64,000 nucleotides of DNA from a phage. Numbering within the stretch: the stretch's first letter is position 1; each line of letters starts with the position of its first letter. The position numbers were made by a program, and so were the translations under genes. Positions 57,470-64,000 of this stretch are shown here, one piece after another. Location of the stretch: sequence record PZ386977.1; one strand, given 5' to 3'. Below the pieces are notes generated by a model. The model worked only from the letters and a program-made list of their open reading frames with translations, was not told the DNA's origin and searched no databases.

Positions 57470-57763
57470 ATGTCTGGCTTAAGTTACGACAAGTGCGTTA
57501 CAGCAGGTCATGAAGCATGGCCTCCTACTGTAATAAATGCTTCCCAATCTAAAGTGTTCACCGGTGGTATTCCTGTTCTTGTGGCAGGAGATCAAATAAC
57601 ACCTCATACAGAAATTAAAAAACCATACGAGACACATGGAGGTGTTACTGAACCTCGTACATCTAAAGTATACGTCACCGGTAAAAAAGCCGTTCAAATG
57701 GCTGACCCAATTTCATGCGGGGATACTGTTTCTCAGGCCTCGTCAAAAGTCTTTATCAAATAG
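57470..57763 (+). CDS. 5.4: PAAR-repeat spike-tip protein gp5.4
   Basis: 97 aa from ATG after GAGG SD; [14 protein letters not shown]... Confidence 0.8.
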   Translation: MSGLSYDKCVTAGHEAWPPTVINASQSKVFTGGIPVLVAGDQITPHTEIKKPYETHGGVTEPRTSKVYVTGKKAVQMADPISCGDTVSQASSKVFIK

Positions 57764-57771
57764 GAATTAAA

Positions 57772-59745
57772 ATGGCAAACACTCCTGTAAATTATCAATT
57801 AACCCGAACAGCGAATGCTATTCCCGAGATTTTTATCGGGGGCACATTTGCCGAAATCAAACAGAACATTATCGAATGGCTCCATGGACAGAATGAATTT
57901 CTTGATTATGATTTTGAAGGTTCACGCTTAAACGTATTGTGTGACCTTTTAGCATATAACACTCTTTACATCCAACAGTTCAGTAATAGTGCAGTGTATG
58001 AAAGTTTTATGCGTACTGCAAACTTGCGTAGTTCTGTTGTACAAGCGGCTCAAGATAACGGATATCTGCCTTCATCTAAATCAGCAGCACAAACAGAAAT
58101 TATGCTCACATGTACGGATGCATTAAATAGAAACTATATCACCATTCCGCGTGGCACTCGTTTCTTAGCATACGCTAAAGATACTTCTGTTAACCCGTAT
58201 AACTTTGTTTCTACTGAAGATGTCATTGTAGTTAAAGACAAAAATAACCAATATTTCCCACGTCTTCGATTAGCTCAGGGACGTATTGTTCGTACTGAAT
58301 TAACATTTGATAAATTAAAACCTATCATTATTCGTGATAAGAACATTGACCGTAATTTAGTTAAGTTGTACGTTGATGGAGCAGAATGGATTAACTGGAC
58401 ACGTAAGTCGATGGTTCACGCTGGTTCTACGTCAACGATCTATTATATGCGTGAAACAGTTGATGGGAACACCGAATTTTATTTTGGTGAAGGCGAAATC
58501 TCTATTAACACGTCAGAAGGTGCGTTAACGTCTAACTATATTGGTGGCCTTAAACCTGTTCAGGGTTCTAAAATCGTAATTGAGTATATTTCTACTAATG
58601 GCGCAGATGCTAACGGTGCTGTAGGATTTTCTTATGCTGATACATTAGCTAATATCACGGTAATCGATATTAACGAGAACCCTAGCAATAACCCAGACTT
58701 TGTTGGGGCCGACGGCGGTGGTGACCCTGAAGATATTGAACGTATCCGCGAATTAGGCACAATTAAACGCGAAACTCAACAACGTTGTGTAACCGCTTCC
58801 GACTATGACACATTCGTCTCTGAGCGGTTTGGTTCTATTATTCAAGCAGTTCAAACATTCACAGATTCGTCTAAACCTGGGTATGCATACATTGCTGCTA
58901 AGCCTAAATCTGGATTGTATTTGACTTCTGTCCAACGTGATGATATCAAAAACTATTTGAATGATTATAACTTAGGGACTATTACACCTGTTGTTATTTC
59001 GCCTGATTATTTGTTTATCAAAATGAATATCAAAGTTACATACGCGTTGAATAAACTCCAAGAATCAGAACAATATCTTGAAGGGCAGATTATTAATAAA
59101 ATTGACCGTTATTATATTGAAGATGTAGAAATTTTTAACTCATCGTTTGCAAAATCTAAAATGCTAACTTATGTCGATGATGCAGATATTTCTATTATTG
59201 GTTCTTCAGCTACTATTCAAATGGTTCGCGAAGTACAAAACTTCTATAAAACGCCTGAGGCCGGTATTAAATACAATAATCAGATTAAAGATAGATCGAT
59301 GGAATCTAATATATTCTCGTTTGATTCGCACAGACCTAATCCAGAAAATGCAAACGAAACTATTAAATATGGTGTTCGCATAGTATCTTCTGACCGTAAT
59401 GACCGTGGCATAGGTCAAGTTATTATTGGTCCATTTGCAGATGGCGATGTTGTTGAAAACGAAAATATACAACCTTATACAGGTAATGATTTTAATAAAC
59501 TTACTGTTACTGACGGACGAAACAAATACTATTCAATTGGTGAAGTGAATTATCCTGCCGATTCGATTTATTGGAACATTGCTAAAATTGACCTCACTTC
59601 AGACCGTTTTGAAGTTCAAACAATTGAACTTTATTCCGACCCTGCAGATGATATTATTTTTACAAAGGACGGTTCTTTAATCGTATTTGAAAATGACTTA
59701 CGTCCTCAGTACTTAACTATAGATTTGGAGCCTATTTCACAATGA
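57772..59745 (+). CDS. 6: baseplate wedge protein gp6
   Basis: 657 aa from internal ATG MANTPVNYQLTRTANAIPEIF. Confidence 0.9.
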   Translation: MANTPVNYQLTRTANAIPEIFIGGTFAEIKQNIIEWLHGQNEFLDYDFEGSRLNVLCDLLAYNTLYIQQFSNSAVYESFMRTANLRSSVVQAAQDNGYLPSSKSAAQTEIMLTCTDALNRNYITIPRGTRFLAYAKDTSVNPYNFVSTEDVIVVKDKNNQYFPRLRLAQGRIVRTELTFDKLKPIIIRDKNIDRNLVKLYVDGAEWINWTRKSMVHAGSTSTIYYMRETVDGNTEFYFGEGEISINTSEGALTSNYIGGLKPVQGSKIVIEYISTNGADANGAVGFSYADTLANITVIDINENPSNNPDFVGADGGGDPEDIERIRELGTIKRETQQRCVTASDYDTFVSERFGSIIQAVQTFTDSSKPGYAYIAAKPKSGLYLTSVQRDDIKNYLNDYNLGTITPVVISPDYLFIKMNIKVTYALNKLQESEQYLEGQIINKIDRYYIEDVEIFNSSFAKSKMLTYVDDADISIIGSSATIQMVREVQNFYKTPEAGIKYNNQIKDRSMESNIFSFDSHRPNPENANETIKYGVRIVSSDRNDRGIGQVIIGPFADGDVVENENIQPYTGNDFNKLTVTDGRNKYYSIGEVNYPADSIYWNIAKIDLTSDRFEVQTIELYSDPADDIIFTKDGSLIVFENDLRPQYLTIDLEPISQ

Positions 59746-62700
59746 CAGTAAAAGCGCCAGCAGTCACAAGTCTCAGAATATCCAAGTTGTCCGCTAACCA
59801 AGTTCAAATACGCTGGGATGACGTTGGTGCTAATTTCTACTATTTCGTAGAAATCGCTGAGACTAAAACGGCGGATGGGGAAATAATTCCACCTGCCAGC
59901 TACAGATGGATAAATTTAGGATATACTCCTAATAGCAACTGGTTCGAAAGTAGCTTAGACCCATTAACTTCTTATATTATTCGTGTATCAACTGCCGCTG
60001 AAGGCTTCGAGAGATCTGATTGGGTATATACCGAAATATTTGAATCATTTCAGACTAACGCATATACATTTCAACATATGATTGAAATGCAATTGGCTAA
60101 CACTTTTATTAGAGAAAAATTTACAAATAACAACATGGCTTATGTCGATTTTAATAAAGACACTATAATGGCAGCTCTAATGAATGAATCATTCCAATTT
60201 AGCCCTGCTTATGCGGATATTTCATCTATTAAAAATTTCATTATTGGTGAAAATGAGTATCATGAAATTCAAGGTTCGATTCAACAGGTGTGTCATGATA
60301 TAAACCGTGTTTATTTGATGGAATCTGAAGGAATTCTTTATTTGTTTGAACGGTATCAGCCTGTGGTTAAAGTCTCTAATGATAAGGGACAAACCTGGAA
60401 ATCGGTTAAATTGTTTAATGACCGTGTAGGGTACCCTGTATCAAGAACAGTGTATTACCAGACAGATTACACCACGTATGTTCTTGGGTATGATAAATTA
60501 TTTTACGGCCGTAAATCAACTGACGTTCGTTGGTCTGCTAATGATGTGAGATTTAGTTCTCAAGATATAACATTTGCTAAAATTGGGGACCAGTTAAATT
60601 TAGGATTTGATGTAGAAATATTTGGTAACTACGCATCATTACCTGCTAACGTATCACGTATTGCAGAAGCTATTGTTTGCAATGACGATTATGTATACGT
60701 TGCTGCTCGAGATAAAGTTCGTTTTATTAAAACTAGTAATGCCCCTATTGATTCAGACCCGTTATCTCCGACATATTCCGAACGTTTGTTTGAACAAGAA
60801 ACATTTAACATCACAGGTAACCCTAAGGCAGTTTGCTATAAAATGGATTCTGTCGGTGGTAAAATATTTGCACTGATTATCGGTGAAGTTGTTAATCTTA
60901 ATGACGACCCGAGGACCACTCCTATTGTTGATTCTGCTGATAAGGGTGTTTACGTTCTAGACCATGATGCTGGCACATTTAAACGTGTGTTTGGTAATAC
61001 TGAAGAAGAACGCCGTCGTATTGAACCAGGGTACACCAGTATGTCTACTGATGGTGTTGAGTTATCTATTTCATCTAGTAATTTTAAATTTCTAGAATCG
61101 GATATTGTTGGTGACCCAAAAACACAAGTCAAGTATGGTTTAATCGGTGCTGTTAAATATGAGTATCCTCGTGAATGGCTGGCTGATAAACATTATCATA
61201 TGATGGCATTTATTTCAACTGAAGACTCTCAATGGGAATCGTTCACTCCCCAACCAATGGAATACTATGCTGAGCCATTCTTTAGTTATTCTAGAAAGTC
61301 TGGTACTCGTTGTTGGATTAATAACTCAGACAAGGCCGTTGTAATTTATTCTGATTTGCTTTACACTAAAGTTATTGAGAATCGTCCGCTTAGTTCTTCA
61401 GATCGAGAAGTTCATGAATATTGGAAGGATGGCGACTGTACAATAGTGATGCCTAACGTAGATTTCACCGGATTTAAAAAATATGCATCCGGCATGATTT
61501 TCTATAAAGCATCAGGTGAGATTATTTCTTATTATGATTTTAGTTATCGTGTTAGAGATAATGTTTCTATAATTTGGAAGCCTACTAATATATTCTTAAC
61601 AGCATCGTTACAAAACCAAGAAAAAGATACCACATGGACTCCTGTAGAAGAGAACGGTATTGCAGACCCAGATTTACGACCATTGCTCACTACAATGATG
61701 CCAGAGTCTTATCTTTTAGATAATACAAACTTCGAAGCATTTTGCGAGGCTTATATTCAGTATCTTTCTGACGGTTATGGGACCCATTATAACAACCTTT
61801 TGAATCTTATTAAAAATCAATATCCGCGAGAAGAACATGCGTGGGAATATTTATGGTCCGAGATTTATAAACGAAACATTTACTTAAACGCCGAAAAACG
61901 CGATTTAGTGTCTCGTTTCTTTGAATCAAGAAGTTATGACTTCTATTCAACTAAAGGAACTGAAGCATCATATAAATTCTTGTTTAAAGTGCTTTATAAC
62001 GAAGATGTTGAAATTGAAATTGAATCTAGTTCCGGGACTGAATATGATATCATCATTGAATCTGATTCGTTGACAGAAGATTTGGTCGGACAGACCATAT
62101 ACACCGCGACAGGACGTTGTAATGTGACGTATATCGAGAGAAGTTACTCTAAAGGTAAATTACAATGGACCGTAACAATTCACAACCTATTAGGTCGTTT
62201 AATCCAAGGACAGGAAGTTAAAGCTGAAAGACTCCCTGGTTTTGAAGGTGAAATTGTTCGTGGTATTAAAGGTAAAGAGCTTTCTCAGAACAACATCGAT
62301 TACATAAATCGTGGTAGAGCATACTACGTAATGAAGATTAAATCTAAACTTCCATCATCTCGTTGGAAATCAGACGTATTACGTTTTGTTCATCCGGTTG
62401 GATTTGGATTTATCGCAATTACCCTTCTCACAATGTTTATTAACACCGGATTAACACTTAAACATGTTGAAACCATTATTAATAAATACAAAAACTATAA
62501 GTGGGATTCTGGATTACCGACTAAATATGCAGACCGAGTGGCTAAATTAGACCCACAAGGAAATGTTGAGTTTGACCCTATTACAGGTAAAGCGATATAT
62601 GAAATAGGCCCTATGGCTGGACAAGATTATCCATTGCCTGAAGATTATAACGCTGAAAACAATAACTCTATATTTCAAGGTCAACTTCCATCGGAACGAC

Positions 62701-62840
62701 GTAAACTGATGAGCCCATTATTTGATGCGTCCGGAACAACATTCTCTAGATTTAGAGATTTGGTTGAACAACGGTTAATCGATAATGTAGGAAATCCAAG
62801 AGACCCCGTGAATCCACCACAGGTTAAATTAGATGAATGA
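59742..62840 (+). CDS. 7: baseplate wedge protein gp7
   Basis: 1032 aa, same length as T4 gp7; ATGA overlap with 6. Confidence 0.9.
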   Translation: MTVKAPAVTSLRISKLSANQVQIRWDDVGANFYYFVEIAETKTADGEIIPPASYRWINLGYTPNSNWFESSLDPLTSYIIRVSTAAEGFERSDWVYTEIFESFQTNAYTFQHMIEMQLANTFIREKFTNNNMAYVDFNKDTIMAALMNESFQFSPAYADISSIKNFIIGENEYHEIQGSIQQVCHDINRVYLMESEGILYLFERYQPVVKVSNDKGQTWKSVKLFNDRVGYPVSRTVYYQTDYTTYVLGYDKLFYGRKSTDVRWSANDVRFSSQDITFAKIGDQLNLGFDVEIFGNYASLPANVSRIAEAIVCNDDYVYVAARDKVRFIKTSNAPIDSDPLSPTYSERLFEQETFNITGNPKAVCYKMDSVGGKIFALIIGEVVNLNDDPRTTPIVDSADKGVYVLDHDAGTFKRVFGNTEEERRRIEPGYTSMSTDGVELSISSSNFKFLESDIVGDPKTQVKYGLIGAVKYEYPREWLADKHYHMMAFISTEDSQWESFTPQPMEYYAEPFFSYSRKSGTRCWINNSDKAVVIYSDLLYTKVIENRPLSSSDREVHEYWKDGDCTIVMPNVDFTGFKKYASGMIFYKASGEIISYYDFSYRVRDNVSIIWKPTNIFLTASLQNQEKDTTWTPVEENGIADPDLRPLLTTMMPESYLLDNTNFEAFCEAYIQYLSDGYGTHYNNLLNLIKNQYPREEHAWEYLWSEIYKRNIYLNAEKRDLVSRFFESRSYDFYSTKGTEASYKFLFKVLYNEDVEIEIESSSGTEYDIIIESDSLTEDLVGQTIYTATGRCNVTYIERSYSKGKLQWTVTIHNLLGRLIQGQEVKAERLPGFEGEIVRGIKGKELSQNNIDYINRGRAYYVMKIKSKLPSSRWKSDVLRFVHPVGFGFIAITLLTMFINTGLTLKHVETIINKYKNYKWDSGLPTKYADRVAKLDPQGNVEFDPITGKAIYEIGPMAGQDYPLPEDYNAENNNSIFQGQLPSERRKLMSPLFDASGTTFSRFRDLVEQRLIDNVGNPRDPVNPPQVKLDE

Positions 62841-63837
62841 TTCAAGTGTTATCTATCGTGCAATAGTTACATCAAAATTTAGAACAGAGAAAATGCTGAA
62901 TTTTTATAATTCAGTTGGGGATGGAGATGATAAGAACTCCATTTATATTACGTTTGGACGTTCAGAGCCTTGGGCGTCAAATGAAAATGAGGTGGGCTTC
63001 GCCCCACCTTATCCTACAGATTCTGTTCTTGGTGTTACCGATATGTGGACCCATATGATGGGTACCGTTAAAGTTTTACCTTCAATGTTAGATTCTGTTA
63101 TTCCTAGGCGTGATTGGGGAGATGTGCGATATCCAGACCCTTACACGTTTAGAATTAACGATATAGTCGCATGTAATACTGCTCCGTACAACGCGACAGA
63201 AGTTGGGGCCGGTTGGTTAATTTACCGTTGTTTAGACGTCCCTGACGTAGGGCTCTGTTCAATAGAATCTTTAGATAATAAAGATGAATGTCTTAAATTA
63301 GGTGGTAAATGGACCCCGTCTGTTCGTTCTATGTCTCCTCCTGAAGGCAGAGGCGATGCTAATGGGGTTATCGAAACCGGTGATGGATATATTTGGGAAT
63401 ATCTTTATGAGATTCCTGCCGATGTGTCAATTAACCGTTGCACTAACGAATATCTTGTAGTTCCATGGCCGGAAGAAATTAAAGAAGACCCCACCCGTTG
63501 GGGATATGAAAATAACTTAACTTGGCAACAAGATGACTACGGTTTGATTTACCGTGTTAAAGCCAATACGATGCGGTTTAAAGCATATTTTGATTCTGTT
63601 TATTTCCCTGAGGCAGCTTTGCCCGGTAACAAGGGGTTTAGACAGATATCAATTATCGCAAACCCGTTAGAAGCTAAGAAAAATCCAAATGACCCTAATG
63701 TTAAAGCAGAAAAGGATTATTACGACCCTAGAGACCTGCAACGTCATTCTGGTGAAATGATTTATATGGAAAACCGACCACCTGTTATTATGGCAATGGA
63801 CCAAACAGAAGAAATTAACATTTTGTTTATGTTTTAA
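62833..63837 (+). CDS. 8: baseplate wedge protein gp8
   Basis: 334 aa, same length as T4 gp8. Confidence 0.9.
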   Translation: MNDSSVIYRAIVTSKFRTEKMLNFYNSVGDGDDKNSIYITFGRSEPWASNENEVGFAPPYPTDSVLGVTDMWTHMMGTVKVLPSMLDSVIPRRDWGDVRYPDPYTFRINDIVACNTAPYNATEVGAGWLIYRCLDVPDVGLCSIESLDNKDECLKLGGKWTPSVRSMSPPEGRGDANGVIETGDGYIWEYLYEIPADVSINRCTNEYLVVPWPEEIKEDPTRWGYENNLTWQQDDYGLIYRVKANTMRFKAYFDSVYFPEAALPGNKGFRQISIIANPLEAKKNPNDPNVKAEKDYYDPRDLQRHSGEMIYMENRPPVIMAMDQTEEINILFMF

Positions 63838-63840
63838 TTA

Positions 63841-63865
63841 GGGAGCCTTCGGGCTCCCATTTTTG
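63841..63865 (+). terminator. intrinsic terminator after gene 8
   Basis: GGGAGCC-TTCG-GGCTCCC followed by ATTTTTG. Confidence 0.7.
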
Positions 63866-63869
63866 TATC

Positions 63870-63877
63870 TATAAATA
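63870..63877 (+). promoter_or_regulatory. late promoter TATAAATA for gene 9
   Basis: exact TATAAATA 33 nt upstream of the gene 9 ATG. Confidence 0.6.
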
Positions 63878-63909
63878 GAATATAATATCGGACAACAAAA
63901 GGCAGAATT

Positions 63910-64000
63910 ATGGCATTTTTTAAGCAAACTCCTAAACAATTAATCGATACCGGCGAAATTGGTAATGCCTCAACAGGTGATATCTTATTCGACGGTGGTA
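63910..64000 (+). CDS. 9: baseplate wedge / tail-fibre socket gp9 (5' part, runs off window)
   Basis: MAFFKQTPKQLIDTGEIGNASTGDILFDGG T4 gp9-like N-terminus. Confidence 0.8.
   Translation, partial: MAFFKQTPKQLIDTGEIGNASTGDILFDGG

Noticed and set aside
56033-60876. Minus-strand and alternative-frame ORFs (60-106 aa) inside genes 5, 6 and 7
   Set aside because: Embedded in long conserved late-gene frames on the opposite strand or in other frames

Overview
64-kb segment of a T4-type (Tevenvirinae) myophage genome. The 903-aa family-B DNA polymerase and the gene order look RB69-like to me; that is recollection, not a search result. Coordinates 1-54.6 kb are almost entirely minus-strand early/middle genes in T4 synteny: a sugar-nucleotide module, 43, regA, 62, 44, 45, rpbA, an opposite-strand HNH endonuclease, 46, 47, 55, nrdG, nrdD, 49, nrdC, a ~9-kb hyperplastic block of ORFans, rI, tk, macro-domain and secreted lytic-transglycosylase genes, regB, a GrcA-like glycyl-radical gene, internal-protein genes flanking denV, e (lysozyme), nudE, more ORFans, a 10-tRNA cluster, 57B (Acb1-like), 57A, 1, 3, 2, 4. 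From 54.6 kb the strand switches to plus-strand late baseplate genes 53, 5, 5.1, 5.4, 6, 7, 8 and the start of 9. Regulatory grammar is T4-like: GTTTACA-N17-TATA(A/G)T early promoters (many embedded in palindromes), TATAAATA late promoters, hairpin terminators. No CRISPR array, integrase or transposase was seen. Best candidate for a novel system: the isomerase / kinase-nucleotidyltransferase / phosphatase module where T4 has imm/42/beta-gt, a likely activated-sugar supply for DNA hypermodification. Other leads: five genes sharing the MKTY-EF-AE capsid-targeting leader, a Pol-beta nucleotidyltransferase next to a P-loop ATPase, a macro-domain gene, and recurring hairpin-embedded promoter cassettes. 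All functional calls come from reading motifs by eye; nothing was verified by database search, and start codons were adjusted by hand where the ORF track used TTG/GTG or upstream ATGs.
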